A DNA stretch of 64,000 nt. It comes from Nemertoderma westbladi. Its lineage: Eukaryota; Animalia; Xenacoelomorpha. The stretch's first letter is position 1; every line of letters begins with the position of its first letter. The position numbers were made by a program, and so were the translations under genes. The stretch spans positions 45,043 through 109,042 of the forward strand of contig JAUCBJ010002989.1 in NCBI GenBank assembly GCA_032718475.1, written 5' to 3'. Below the pieces are notes generated by a model. The model saw only the letters and a program-made list of their open reading frames with translations, did no database searches and had not been told where the DNA came from. Positions 1 through 15,900 of this stretch are shown in pieces.

Positions 1-974
1 GACATTACCGGATATTTAATTGAAAATTTTCTATAAAAAAACGTATTCTCGTAAAATAAACCTGCGTAATTCAAAGAGATTCATTTGTGTGAAATTTAAA
101 TGGATATTATTAATTTTTTTGATTCTAGACTATTTATTACATGTAATTTCAAGCCTTCCCAATGCTCATTACATAATTGAGTTCAGTTCCACATAATTAT
201 TATTATTTAAAGTTGAATTGGCCGATCTTAATTACACTTTGTGGCCGTGGATATATATTTTGCGAATGCAGTAAAAAATACATTCCAGATATATTATGGT
301 AGATCTATAAGTAAATACATGTAAAACCATCGAATATTATAAAGGAGATTGTGTGGGACTAAGTATTTTACGTTTTTTTTTATTTTAATGGATTTGATTT
401 GATCAGCCTACGGTTGTATTCACAGGGTTCTGGCAGATCCTAAATTGAATATCTTTTAAATTCCAGTTTCCTTCAATGTTAAGTATTTCATTTAAAAGTG
501 GCATGATTTCATGACTTTTAATTGTCAGACTTCAGCGGTGCATGTTTGGGACATTGTGACACACTATAGTAACTGCGCAATGGAAAGTCTACATTTTGTT
601 TACATGTTTCTATAGTAATGCTTAGATTAAGATAACGTCGTCAATTTATATGTATATTATAGTTGCCGTGTATTTTATGAATATTAAATTTGTTCTGTTT
701 CAGTTTTACATAATATAATAATAACTTAGTATTCAAGGTGCGAAGCATTGAGCTTCCCTTAGCTATCATAATTAATGTTATTGTTACTTTATTTAATTAA
801 TAAATTGATCATCAATAGTTAATAATAATTTATAGTTTAATTTGTTTTTTTCAGATTTGTTATATCTTTATCAAATTATCACATAATAACTATGTGAGGT
901 CATTGTTCATAAAATATCATAAAATAGGAGAGGCTAGTTGACTTTTAGTCCAGATTGGCGGTGGCATTCCCCCT

Positions 975-3900
975 TTCAGCATCCGGTTGCAAACATCCAA
1001 TAATGGTCTGTTCAGCATCCTGTTGCAAACATCCAATAATGGTCTGTTTAGCACTCCGGTTGCAAACATCCAATAATGGTCTGTTCTGCACTCCTGTTGC
1101 AAACATCCAATAATGGTCTGTTCAGCACTCCTGTTGCAAACATCCAATAATGGTCAGTTTAGCACTCCTGTTGCAAACATCCAATAATGGTCTGTTCAGC
1201 ATCCGGTTGCAAACATCCAATAATGGTCTGTTTAGCACTCCTGTTGCAAACATCCAATAATGGTCTGTTCAGCATCCGGTTGCAAACATCCAATAATGGT
1301 CTGTTCAGCATCCGGTTGCAAACATCCAATAATGGTCTGTTCAGCACTCCGGTTGCAAACATCCAATAATGGTCTGTTCAGCACTCCGGTTGCAAACATC
1401 CAATAATGGTCTGTTCTGCACTCCTGTTGCAAACATCCAATAATGGTCTGTTCAGCATTCCGGATGCAAACATCCAATAATGGTCTGTTCAGCATCCGGT
1501 TGCAAACATCCAATAATGGTCTGTTCAGCACTCCGGATGCAAACATCCAATAATGGTCTGTTCAGCATCCGGTTGCAAACATCCAATAATGGTCTGTTCA
1601 GCACTCCGGTTGCAAACATCCAATAATGGTCTGTTCTGCACTCCTGTTGCAAACATCCAATAATGGTCTGTTCTGCACTCCGGTTGCAAACATCCAATAA
1701 TGGTCTGTTCAGCACTCCGGATGCAAACATCCAATAATGGTCTGTTCTGCACTCCTGTTGCAAACATCCAATAATGGTCTGTTCTGCACTCCTGTTGCAA
1801 ACATCCAATAATGGTCTGTTCAGCATCCGGTTGCAAACATCCAATAATGGTCTGTTTAGCACTCCTGTTGCAAACATCCAATAATGGTCTGTTCAGCATC
1901 CGGTTGCAAACATCCAATAATGGTCTGTTCAGCATCCGGTTGCAAACATCCAATAATGGTCTGTTCAGCACTCCGGTTGCAAACATCCAATAATGGTCTG
2001 TTCTGCACTCCTGTTGCAAACATCCAATAATGGTCTGTTCAGCATTCCGGATGCAAACATCCAATAATGGTCTGTTCAGCACTCCGGATGCAAACATCCA
2101 ATAATGGTCTGTTCAGCATCCGGTTGCAAACATCCAATAATGGTCTGTTCAGCATCCGGTTGCAAACATCCAATAATGGTCTGTTCAGCATCCGGTTACA
2201 AACATCCAATAATGGTCTGTCCAGCACTCCGGTTGCAAACATTCACTAATGGTCTGTTCTGCACTCCTGTTGCAAACATCCAATAATGGTCTGTTCTGCA
2301 CTCCGGTTGCAAACATCCAATAATGGTCTGTTCAGCACTCCGGATGCAAACATCCAATAATGGTCTGTTCTGCACTCCTGTTGCAAACATCCAATAATGG
2401 TCTGTTCTGCACTCCGGTTGCAAACATCCAATAATGGTCTGTTCAGCACTCCGGTTGCAAACATCCAATAATGGTCTGTTCTGCACTCCTGTTGCAAACA
2501 TCCAATAATGGTCTGTTTAGCACTCCGGTTGCAAACATCCAATAATGGTCTGTTTAGCACTCCGGTTGCAAACATCCATTAATGGTCTGTTTAGCACTCC
2601 TGTTGCAAACATCCAATAATGGTCTGTTCAGCATCCGGTTACAAACATCCAATAATGGTCTGTTCAGCACTCCGGATGCAAACATCCAATAATGGTCTGT
2701 TCTGCACTCCTGTTGCAAACATCCAATAATGGTCTGTTCTGCACTCCGGTTGCAAACATCCAATAATGGTCTGTTCAGCACTCCGGTTGCAAACATCCAA
2801 TAATGGTCTGTTCTGCACTCCTGTTGCAAACATCCAATAATGGTCTGTTTAGCACTCCGGTTGCAAACATCCAATAATGGTCTGTTCAGCACTCCGGTTG
2901 CAAACATCCAATAATGGTCTGTTCTGCACTCCTGTTGCAAACATCCAATAATGGTCTGTTTAGCACTCCGGTTGCAAACATCCAATAATGGTCTGTTTAG
3001 CACTCCGGTTGCAAACATCCAATAATGGTCTGTTCAGCACTCCGGTTGCAAACATCCAATAATGGTCTGTTCTACACTCCTGTTGCAAACATCCAATAAT
3101 GGTCTGTTTAGCACTCCGGTTGCAAACATCCAATAATGGTCTGTTCAGCACTCCGGTTGCAAACATCCAATAATGGTCTGTTCTGCACTCCTGTTGCAAA
3201 CATCCAATAATGGTCTGTTTAGCACTCCGGTTGCAAACATCCAATAATGGTCTGTTCTGCACTCCGGTTGCAAACATCCAATAATGGTCTGTTCTGCACT
3301 CCTGTTGCAAACATCCAATAATGGTCTATTCAGCACTCCGGTTGCAAACATCCAATAATGGTCTGTTTAGCACTCCGGTTGCAAACATCCAATAATGGTC
3401 TGTTTAGCAGTCCTGTTGCAAACATCCAATAATGGTCTGTTCTGCACTCCTGTTGCAAACATCCAATAATGGTCTGTTTAGCACTCCGGTTGCAAACATC
3501 CAATAATGGTCTGTTCAGCACTCCGGTTGCAAACATCCAATAATGGTCTGTTCTGCACTCCTGTTGCAAACATCCAATAATGGTCTGTTTAGCACTCCGG
3601 TTGCAAACATCAAATAATGGTCTGTTCAGCACTCCGGTTGCAAACATCCAATAATGGTCTGTTCTGCACTCCTGTTGCAAACATCCAATAATGGTCTGTT
3701 TAGCACTCCGGTTGCAAACATCCAATAATGGTCTGTTTAGCACTCCTGTTGCAAACATCCAATAATGGTCTGTTCTGCACTCCTGTTGCAAACATACAAT
3801 AATGGTCTGTTTAGCACTCCGGTTGCAAACATCCAATAATGGTCTGTTTAGCACTCCTGTTGCAAACATCCAATAATGGTCTGTTCTGCACTCCTGTTGC

Positions 3901-6900
3901 AAACATCCAATAATGGTCTGTTTAGCACTCCGGTTGCAAACATCCAATAATGGTCTGTTCAGCACTCCGGTTGCAAACATCCAATAATGGTCTGTTCTGC
4001 ACTCCTGTTGCAAACATCCAATAATGGTCTGTTTAGCACACCGGTTGCAAACATCCAATAATGGTCTGTTCAGCACTCCGGATGCAAACATCCAATAATG
4101 GTCTGTTCTGCACTCCTGTTGCAAACATCCAATAATGGTATGTTCTGCACTCCGGTTGCAAACATCCAATAATGGTCTGTTCAGCACTCCGGTTGCAAAC
4201 ATCCAATAATGGTCTGTTCAGCACTCCGGTTGCAAACATCCAATAATGGTCTGTTCTGCACTCCTATTTTCATCCGGTTACAAACATCCAATAATGGTCT
4301 GTTCAGCACTCCTGTTGCAAACATCCAATAATGGTCTGTTCAGCATTCCGGATCCAAACATCCAATAATGGTCTGTTCAGCACTCCGGATGCAAACATCC
4401 AATAATGGTCTGTTCAGCATCCGGTTGCAAACATCCAATAATGGTCTGTTCAGCACTCCGGTTGCAAACATCCAATAATGGTCTGTTCTGCACTCCTGTT
4501 GCAAACATCCAATAATGGTCTGTTCAGCATTCCGGATGCAAACATCCAATAATGGTCTGTTCAGCACTCCGGATGCAAACATCCAATAATGGTCTGTTCA
4601 GCATCCGGTTGCAAACATCCAATAATGGTCTGTTCAGCATCCGGTTGCAAACATCCAATAATGGTCTGTTCAGCATCCGGTTACAAACATCCAATAATGG
4701 TCTGTCCAGCACTCCGGTTGCAAACATCCAATAATGGTCTGTTTAGCACTCCGGTTGCAAACATCAAATAATGGTCTGTTTAGCACTCCTGTTGCAAACA
4801 TCCAATAATGGTCTGTTCAGCATCCGGTTACAAACATCCAATAATGGTCTGTTCAGCACTCCGGATGCAAACATCCAATAATGGTCTGTTCTGCACTCCT
4901 GTTGCAAACATCCAATAATGGTCTGTTCTGCACTCCGGTTGCAAACATCCAATAATGGTCTGTTCAGCACTCCGGTTGCAAACATCCAATAATGGTCTGT
5001 TCAGCACTCCGGTTGCAAACATCCAATAATGGTCTGTTCTGCACTCCTGTTTCAAACATCCAATAATGGTCTGTTTAGCACTCCGGTTGCAAACATCCAA
5101 TAATGGTCTGTTCAGCACTCCGGTTGCAAACATCCAATAATGGTCTGTTCTGCACTCCTGTTGCAAACATCCAATAATGGTCTGTTTTGCACTCCGGTTG
5201 CAAACATCCAATAATGGTCTGTTTAGCACTCCGGTTGCAAACATCCAATAATGGTCTGTTTAGCACTCCTGTTGCAAACATCCAATAATGGTCTGTTCTG
5301 CACTCCGGTTGCAAACTTCCAATAATGGTCTGTTCTGCACTCCTGTTGCAAACATCCAATAATGGTCTGTTTAGCACTCCGGTTGCAAACATCCAATAAT
5401 GGTCTGTTCTGCACTCCTGTTGCAAACATCCAATAATGGTCTGTTTAGCACTCCGGTTGCAAACATCCAATAATGGTCTGTTTAGCACTCCTGTTGCAAA
5501 CATCCAATAATGGTCTGTTCTGCACTCCTGTTGCAAACATCCAATAATGGTCTGTTTAGCACTCCGGTTGCAAACATCCAATAATGGTCTTTTTAGCACT
5601 CCTGTTGCAAACATCCAATAATGGTCTGTTCTGCACTCCTGTTGCAAACATCCAATAATGGTCTGTTTAGCACTCCGGTTGCAAACATCCAATAATGGTC
5701 TGTTTAGCACTCCGGTTGCAAACATCCAATAATGGTCTGTTTAGCACTCCGGTTGCAAACATCCAATAATGGTCTGTTTAGCACTCCTGTTGCAAACATC
5801 CAATAATGGTCTGTTCTGCACTCCTGTTGCAAACATCCAATAATGGTCTGTTTAGCACTCCGGTTGCAAACATCCAATAATGGTCTGTTCTGCACTCCTG
5901 TTGCAAACATCCAATAATGGTCTGTTTAGCACTCCGGTTGCAAACATCCAATAATGGTCTGTTTAGCACTCCGGTTGCAAACATCCAGTAATGGTCTGTT
6001 TAGCACTCCGGTTGCAAACATCCAATAATGGTCTGTTTAGCACTCCTGTTGCAAACATCCAATAATGGTCTGTTCTGCACTCCTGTTGCAAACATCCAAT
6101 AATGGTCTGTTTAGCACTCCGGTTGCAAACATCCAATAATGGTCTGTTTAGCACTCCGGTTGCAAACATCCAATAATGGTCTGTTTAGCACTCCGGTTGC
6201 AAACATCCAGTAATGGTCTGTTTAGCACTCCGGTTGCAAACATCCAATAATGGTCTGTTTAGCACTCCTGTTGCAAACATCCAATAATGGTCTGTTCAGC
6301 ACTCCGGTTGCAAACATCCAATAATGGTCTGTTTAGCACTCCGGTTGCAAACATCCAATAATGGTCTGTTCAGCACTCCGGTTGCAATTATCCACTAATG
6401 GTCTGTTCAGCACTCCGGATGCAAACATCCAATAATGGTCTATTCAGCATCCGGTTACAAACATCCAATAATGGTCTGTTCTGCACTCCTATTTTCATCC
6501 GGTTACAAACATCCAATAATGGTCTGTTCAGCACTCCGGATGCAAACATCCAATAATGGTCTGTTCAGCACTCTTGTTGCAAACATCCAATAATGGTCTG
6601 TTCTGGATCCGGTTGCAAACATCCAATAATGGTCTGTTCTGGATCCGGTTGCAAACATCCAATAATGGTCTGTTCAGCACTCCGGATGCAAACATTCAAT
6701 AATGGTCTGTTCTGCACTCCTGTTGCAAACATCCAATAATGGTCTGTTTAGCACTCCTGTTGCAAACATCCAATAATGGTCTGTTCAGCATCCGGTTGCA
6801 AACATCCAATAATGGTCTGTTCAGCACTCCGGATGCAAACATCCAATAATGGTCTGTTCTGCACTCCGGATTCAAACATCCAATAATGGTCTGTTCTGCA

Positions 6901-9900
6901 CTCCTGTTGTAAACATCCAATAATGGTCTGTTTAGCACTCCTGTTGCAAACATCCAATAATGGTCTGTTCAGATTCCGGTTGCAAACATCCAATAATGGT
7001 CTGTTCAGCACTCCGGATGCAAACATCCAATAATGGTCTGTTCAGCACTCCGGATGCAAACATCCAATAATGGTCTGTTCAGCACTCGCGTTGCAAACAT
7101 CCACTAATGGTCTGTTCTGGATCCGGTTGCAAACATCCAATAATGGTCTGTTCAGCACTCCGGATGCAAACATCCAATAATGGTCTGTTCTGCACTCCTG
7201 TTGCAAACATCCAATAATGGTCTGTTTAGCACTCCTGTTGCAAACATCCAATAATGGTCTGTTCAGCATCCGGTTACAAACATCCAATAATGGTCTGTTC
7301 TGCACTCCTGTTGCAAACATCCAATAATGGTCTGCTTAGCACTCCTGTTGCAAACATCCAATAATGATCTGTTCTGCACTCCTGTTGCAAACATCCAATA
7401 ATGGTCTGTTTAGCACTCCTGTTGCAAACATCCAATAATGGTCTGTTCAGCATCCGGTTGCAAACATCCAATAATGGTCTGTTCAGCATCCGGTTGCAAA
7501 CATCCAATAATGGTCTGTTCTGCACTCCTGTTGCAAACATCCAATAATGGTCTGTTTAGCACTCCGGTTGCAAACATCCAATAATGGTCTGTTTAGCACT
7601 CCTGTTGCAAACATCCAATAATGGTCTGTTCTGCACTCCTGTTGCAAACATCCAATAATGGTCTGTTTAGCACACCGGTTGCAAACATCCAATAATGGTC
7701 TTTTTAGCACTCCTGTTGCAAACATCCAATAATGGTCTGTTCTGCACTCCTGTTGCAAACATCCAATAATGGTCTGTTTAGCACTCCGGTTGCAAACATC
7801 CAATAATGGTCTGTTTAGCACTCCGGTTGCAAGCATCCAATAATGGTCTGTTTAGCACTCCGGTTGCAAACATCCAATAATGGTCTGTTTAGCACTCCTG
7901 TTGCAAACATCCAATAATGGTCTGTTCTGCACTCCTGTTGCAAACATCCAATAATGGTCTGTTTAGCACTCCGGTTGCAAACATCCAATAATGGTCTGTT
8001 CTGCACTCCTGTTGCAAACATCCAATAATGGTCTGTTTAGCACTCCGGTTGCAAACATCCAATAATGGTCTGTTTAGCACTCCGGTTGCAAACATCCAAT
8101 AATGGTCTGTTTAGCACTCCTGTTGCAAACATCCAATAATGGTCTGTTCAGCATCCGGTTGCAAACATCCAATAATGGTCTGTTCAGCACTCCGGATGCA
8201 AACATCCAATAATGGTCTGTTCTGCACTCCGGATTCAAACATCCAATAATGGTCTGTTCTGCACTCCTGTTGTAAACATCCAATAATGGTCTGTTTAGCA
8301 CTCCTGTTGCAAACATCCAATAATGGTCTGTTCAGATTCCGGTTGCAAACATCCAATAATGGTCTGTTCAGCACTCCGGATGCAAACATCCAATAATGGT
8401 CTGTTCTGCACTCCTGTTGCAAACATCCAATAATGGTCTGTTTAGCACTCCTGTTGCAAACATCCAATAATGGTCTGTTCAGCATCCGGTTACAAACATC
8501 CAATAATGGTCTGTTCTGCACTCCTGTTGCAAACATCCAATAATGGTCTACTTAGCACTCCTGTTGCAAACATCCAATAATGGTCTGTTCTGCACTCCTG
8601 TTGCAAACATCCAATAATGGTCTGTTTAGCACTCCTGTTGCAAACATCCAATAATGGTCGGTTCAGCATCCGGTTGCAAACATCCAATAATGGTCTGTTC
8701 AGCATCCGGTTGCAAACATCCAATAATGGTATGTTCTGCACTCCTGTTGCAAACATCCAATAATGGTCTGTTTAGCACTCCGGTTGCAAACATCCAATAA
8801 TGGTCTGTTTAGCACTCCTGTTGCAAACATCCAATAATGGTCTGTTCTGCACTCCTGTTGCAAACATCCAATAATGGTCTGTTTAGCACACCGGTTGCAA
8901 ACATCCAATAATGGTCTTTTTAGCACTCCTGTTGCAAACATCCAATAATGGTCTGTTCTGCACTCCTGTTGCAAACATCCAATAATGGTCTGTTTAGCAC
9001 TCCGGTTGCAAACATCCAATAATGGTCTGTTTAGCACTCCGGTTGCAAGCATCCAATAATGGTCTGTTTAGCACTCCGGTTGCAAACATCCAATAATGGT
9101 CTGTTTAGCACTCCTGTTGCAAACATCCAATAATGGTCTGTTCTGCACTCCTGTTGCAAACATCCAATAATGGTCTGTTTAGCACTCCGGTTGCAAACAT
9201 CCAATAATGGTCTGTTCTGCACTCCTGTTGCAAACATCCAATAATGGTCTGTTTAGCACTCCGGTTGCAAACATCCAATAATGGTCTGTTTAGCACTCCG
9301 GTTGCAAACATCCAATAATGGTATGTTTAGCACTCCGGTTGCAAACATCCAATAATGGTCTGTTTAGCACTCCTGTTGCAAACATCCAATAATGGTCTGT
9401 TCTGCACTCCTGTTGCAAACATCCAATAATGGTCTGTTCTGCACTCCTGTTGCAAACATCCAATAATGGTCTGCTTAGCACTCCTGTTGCAAACATCCAA
9501 TAATGGTCTGTTCTGCACTCCTGTTGCAAACATCCAATAATGGTCTGTTTAGCACTCCTGTTGCAAACATCCAATAATGGTCGGTTCAGCATCCGGTTGC
9601 AAACATCCAATAATGGTCTGTTCAGCATCCGGTTGCAAACATCCAATAATGGTATGTTCTGCACTCCTGTTGCAAACATCCAATAATGGTCTGTTTAGCA
9701 CTCCGGTTGCAAACATCCAATAATGGTCTGTTTAGCACTCCTGTTGCAAACATCCAATAATGGTCTGTTCTGCACTCCTGTTGCAAACATCCAATAATGG
9801 TCTGTTTAGCACACCGGTTGCAAACATCCAATAATGGTCTTTTTAGCACTCCTGTTGCAAACATCCAATAATGGTCTGTTCTGCACTCCTGTTGCAAACA

Positions 9901-12900
9901 TCCAATAATGGTCTGTTTAGCACTCCGGTTGCAAACATCCAATAATGGTCTGTTTAGCACTCCGGTTGCAAGCATCCAATAATGGTCTGTTTAGCACTCC
10001 GGTTGCAAACATCCAATAATGGTCTGTTTAGCACTCCTGTTGCAAACATCCAATAATGGTCTGTTCTGCACTCCTGTTGCAAACATCCAATAATGGTCTG
10101 TTTAGCACTCCGGTTGCAAACATCCAATAATGGTCTGTTCTGCACTCCTGTTGCAAACATCCAATAATGGTCTGTTTAGCACTCCGGTTGCAAACATCCA
10201 ATAATGGTCTGTTTAGCACTCCGGTTGCAAACATCCAATAATGGTCTGTTTAGCACTCCGGTTGCAAACATCCAATAATGGTCTGTTTAGCACTCCTGTT
10301 GCAAACATCCAATAATGGTCTGTTCTGCACTCCTGTTGCAAACATCCAATAATGGTCTGTTTAGCACTCCGGTTGCAAACATCCAATAATGGTCTGTTTA
10401 GCACTCCGGTTGCAAACATCCAATAATGGTCTGTTCAGCACTCCGGTTGCAAACATCCACTAATGGTCTGTTCAGCACTCCGGATGCAAACATCCAATAA
10501 TGGTCTATTCAGCATCCGGTTACAAACATCCAATAATGGTCTGTTCTGCACTCCTATTTTCATCCGGTTACAAACATCCAATAATGGTCTGTTCAGCACT
10601 CCGGATGCAAACATCCAATAATGGTCTGTTCAGCACTCTTGTTGCAAACATCCAATAATGGTCTGTTCTGGATCCGGTTGCAAACATCCAATAATGGTCT
10701 GTTCAGCACTCCGGATGCAAACATTCAATAATGGTCTGTTCTGCACCCCTGTTGCAAACATCCAATAATGGTCTGTTTAGCACTCCTGTTGCAAACATCC
10801 AATAATGGTCTGTTCAGCATCCGGTTGCAAACATCCAATAATGGTCTGTTCAGCACTCCGGATGCAAACATCCAATAATGGTCTGTTCTGCACTCCGGAT
10901 TCAAACATCCAATAATGGTCTGTTCTGCACTCCTGTTGTAAACATCCAATAATGGTCTGTTTAGCACTCCTGTTGCAAACATCCAATAATGGTCTGTTTA
11001 GCACTCCTGTTGCAAACATCCAATAATGGTCTGTTCAGCACTCCGGATGCAAACATCCAATAATGGTCTGTTCAGCACTCCGGATGCAAACATCCAATAA
11101 TGGTCTGTTCAGCACTCGCGTTGCAAACATCCACTAATGGTCTGTTCTGGATCCGGTTGCAAACATCCAATAATGGTCTGTTCAGCACTCCGGATGCAAA
11201 CATCCAATAATGGTCTGTTCAGCACTCCGGATGCAAACATCCAATAATGGTCTGTTCAGCACTCGCGTTGCAAACATCCACTAATGGTCTGTTCTGGATC
11301 CGGTTGCAAACATCCAATAATGGTCTGTTCAGCACTCCGGATGCAAACATCCAATAATGGTCTGTTCTGCACTCCTGTTGCAAACATCCAATAATGGTCT
11401 GTTTAGCACTCCTGTTGCAAACATCCAATAATGGTCTGTTCAGCATCCGGTTACAAACATCCAATAATGGTCTGTTCTGCACTCCTGTTGCAAACATCCA
11501 ATAATGGTCTGCTTAGCACTCCTGTTGCAAACATCCAATAATGGTCTGTTCTGCACTCCTGTTGCAAACATCCAATAGTGGTCTGTTTAGCACTCCTGTT
11601 GCAAACATCCAATAATGGTCTGTTCAGCATCCGGTTGCAAACATCCAATAATGGTCTGTTCAGCATCCGGTTGCAAACATCCAATAATGGTCTGTTCTGC
11701 ACTCCTGTTGCAAACATCCAATAATGGTCTGTTTAGCACTCCTGTTGCAAACATCCAATAATGGTCTGTTCAGCATCCGGTTGCAAACATCCAATAATGG
11801 TCTGTTCAGCATCCGGTTGCAAACATCCAATAATGGTCTGTTCTGCACTCCTGTTGCAAACATCCAATAATGGTCTGTTCTGCACTCCTGTTGCAAACAT
11901 CCAATAATGGTCTGTTCTGCACTCCTGTTGCAAACATCCAATAATGGTCTGTTCAGCATCCGGTTGCAAACATCCAATAATGGTCTGTTCTGCACTCCGG
12001 TTGCAAACATCCAATAATGGTCTGTTCAGCATTCCGGATGCAAACATCCAATAATGGTCTGTTCAGCATTCCGGATGCAAACATCCAATAATGGTCTGTT
12101 CAGCATCCGGTTGCAAACATCCAATAATGGTCTGTTCAGCATCCGGTTGCAAACATCCAATAATGGTCTGTTCAGCATTCCGGATGCAAACATCCAATAA
12201 TGGTCTGTTCAGCACTCCGGATGCAAACATCCAATAATGGTCTGTTCAGCATCCGGTTGCAAACATCCAATAATGGTCTGTTCAGCATCCGGTTGCAAAC
12301 ATCCAATAATGGTCTGTTCAGCATCCGGTTACAAACATCCAATAATGGTCTGTTCAGCATTCCGGTTGCAAACATCCACTAATGGTCTGTTCTGGATCCG
12401 GTTGCAAACATCCAATAATGGTCTGTTCAGCATCCGGTTGCAAACATCCAATAATGGTCTGTTCAGCACTCCGGATGCAAACATCCAATAATGGTCTGTT
12501 CTGCACTCCTGTTGCAAACATCCAATAATGATCTGTTCTGCACTCCGGTTGCAAACATCCAATAATGGTCTGTTCAGCACTCCGGTTGCAAACATCCAAT
12601 AATCGTCTGTTCTGCACTCCTGTTGCAAATATCCAATAATGGTCTGTTTAGCACTCCGGTTGCAAACATCCAATAATGGTCTGTTTAGCACTCCGGTTGC
12701 AAACATCCAATAATGGTCTGTTTAGCACTCCTGTTGCAAACATCCAATAATGGTCTGTTCAGCATCCGGTTACAAACATCCAATAATGGTCTGTTCTGCA
12801 CTCCTGTTGCAAACATCCAATAATGGTCTGTTTAGCACTCCTGTTGCAAACATCCAATAATGGTCTGTTCTGCACTCCTGTTGCAAACATCCAATAATGG

Positions 12901-15900
12901 TCTGTTTAGCACTCCGGTTGCAAACATCCAATAATGGTCTGTTTAGCACTCCGGTTGCAAACATCCAATAATGGTCTGTTTAGCACTCCGGTTGCAAACA
13001 TCCAATAATGGTCTGTTTAGCACTCCTGTTGCAAACATCCAATAATGGTCTGTTCTGCACTCCTGTTGCAAACATCCAATAATGGTCTGTTTAGCACTCC
13101 GGTTGCAAACATCCAATAATGGTCTGTTTAGCACTCCGGTTGCAAACATCCAATAATGGTCTGTTCAGCACTCCGGTTGCAAACATCCACTAATGGTCTG
13201 TTCAGCACTCCGGATGCAAACATCCAATAATGGTCTATTCAGCATCCGGTTACAAACATCCAATAATGGTCTGTTCTGCACTCCTATTTTCATCCGGTTA
13301 CAAACATCCAATAATGGTCTGTTCAGCACTCCGGATGCAAACATCCAATAATGGTCTGTTCAGCACTCTTGTTGCAAACATCCAATAATGGTCTGTTCTG
13401 GATCCGGTTGCAAACATCCAATAATGGTCTGTTCAGCACTCCGGATGCAAACATTCAATAATGGTCTGTTCTGCACCCCTGTTGCAAACATCCAATAATG
13501 GTCTGTTTAGCACTCCTGTTGCAAACATCCAATAATGGTCTGTTCAGCATCCGGTTGCAAACATCCAATAATGGTCTGTTCAGCACTCCGGATGCAAACA
13601 TCCAATAATGGTCTGTTCTGCACTCCGGATTCAAACATCCAATAATGGTCTGTTCTGCACTCCTGTTGTAAACATCCAATAATGGTCTGTTTAGCACTCC
13701 TGTTGCAAACATCCAATAATGGTCTGTTCAGATTCCGGTTGCAAACATCCAATAATGGTCTGTTCAGCACTCCGGATGCAAACATCCAATAATGGTCTGT
13801 TCAGCACTCCGGATGCAAACATCCAATAATGGTCTGTTCAGCACTCGCGTTGCAAACATCCACTAATGGTCTGTTCTGGATCCGGTTGCAAACATCCAAT
13901 AATGGTCTGTTCAGCACTCCGGATGCAAACATCCAATAATGGTCTGTTCTGCACTCCTGTTGCAAACATCCAATAATGGTCTGTTTAGCACTCCTGTTGC
14001 AAACATCCAATAATGGTCTGTTCAGCATCCGGTTACAAACATCCAATAATGGTCTGTTCTGCACTCCTGTTGCAAACATCCAATAATGGTCTGCTTAGCA
14101 CTCCTGTTGCAAACATCCAATAATGGTCTGTTCTGCACTCCTGTTGCAAACATCCAATAGTGGTCTGTTTAGCACTCCTGTTGCAAACATCCAATAATGG
14201 TCTGTTCAGCATCCGGTTGCAAACATCCAATAATGGTCTGTTCAGCATCCGGTTGCAAACATCCAATAATGGTCTGTTCTGCACTCCTGTTGCAAACATC
14301 CAATAATGGTCTGTTTAGCACTCCTGTTGCAAACATCCAATAATGGTCTGTTCAGCATCCGGTTGCAAACATCCAATAATGGTCTGTTCAGCATCCGGTT
14401 GCAAACATCCAATAATGGTCTGTTCTGCACTCCTGTTGCAAACATCCAATAATGGTCTGTTCTGCACTCCTGTTGCAAACATCCAATAATGGTCTGTTCT
14501 GCACTCCTGTTGCAAACATCCAATAATGGTCTGTTCAGCATCCGGTTGCAAACATCCAATAATGGTCTGTTCTGCACTCCGGTTGCAAACATCCAATAAT
14601 GGTCTGTTCAGCATTCCGGATGCAAACATCCAATAATGGTCTGTTCAGCATTCCGGATGCAAACATCCAATAATGGTCTGTTCAGCATCCGGTTGCAAAC
14701 ATCCAATAATGGTCTGTTCAGCATCCGGTTGCAAACATCCAATAATGGTCTGTTCAGCATTCCGGATGCAAACATCCAATAATGGTCTGTTCAGCACTCC
14801 GGATGCAAACATCCAATAATGGTCTGTTCAGCATCCGGTTGCAAACATCCAATAATGGTCTGTTCAGCATCCGGTTGCAAACATCCAATAATGGTCTGTT
14901 CAGCATCCGGTTACAAACATCCAATAATGGTCTGTTCAGCATTCCGGTTGCAAACATCCACTAATGGTCTGTTCTGGATCCGGTTGCAAACATCCAATAA
15001 TGGTCTGTTCAGCATCCGGTTGCAAACATCCAATAATGGTCTGTTCAGCACTCCGGATGCAAACATCCAATAATGGTCTGTTCTGCACTCCTGTTGCAAA
15101 CATCCAATAATGATCTGTTCTGCACTCCGGTTGCAAACATCCAATAATGGTCTGTTCAGCACTCCGGTTGCAAACATCCAATAATCGTCTGTTCTGCACT
15201 CCTGTTGCAAATATCCAATAATGGTCTGTTTAGCACTCCGGTTGCAAACATCCAATAATGGTCTGTTTAGCACTCCGGTTGCAAACATCCAATAATGGTC
15301 TGTTTAGCACTCCTGTTGCAAACATCCAATAATGGTCTGTTCAGCATCCGGTTACAAACATCCAATAATGGTCTGTTCAGCACTCCGGATGCAAACATCC
15401 AATAATGGTCTGTTCAGCATCCGGTTGCAAACATCCAATAATGGTCTGTTCAGCATCCGGTTACAAACATCCAATAATGGTCTGTTCTGCACTCCTATTT
15501 TCATCCGGTTACAAACATCCAATAATGGTCTGTTCAGCATCCGGTTGCAAACATCCAATAATGGTCTGTTCAGCACTCCGGATGCAAACATCCAATAATG
15601 GTCTGTTCAGCACTCTTGTTGCAAACATCCAATAATGGTCTGTTCTGGATCCGGTTGCAAACATCCAATAATGGTCTGTTCAGCACTCCGGATGCAAACA
15701 TCCAATAATGGTCTGTTCTGCACTCCTGTTGCAAACATCCAATAATGGTCTGTTTAGCACTCCTGTTGCAAACATCCAATAATGGTCTGTTCAGCATCCG
15801 GTTGCAAACATCCAATAATGGTCTGTTCAGCACTCCGATGCAAACATCCAATAATGGTCTGTTCTCCACTCCGGATGCAAACATCCAATAATGGTCTGTT

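Noticed and set aside
1-974. Possible exons in the AT-rich left flank (pyrimidine tract plus AG near 700 and 854)
   Set aside because: No ORF or recognisable peptide supports them.
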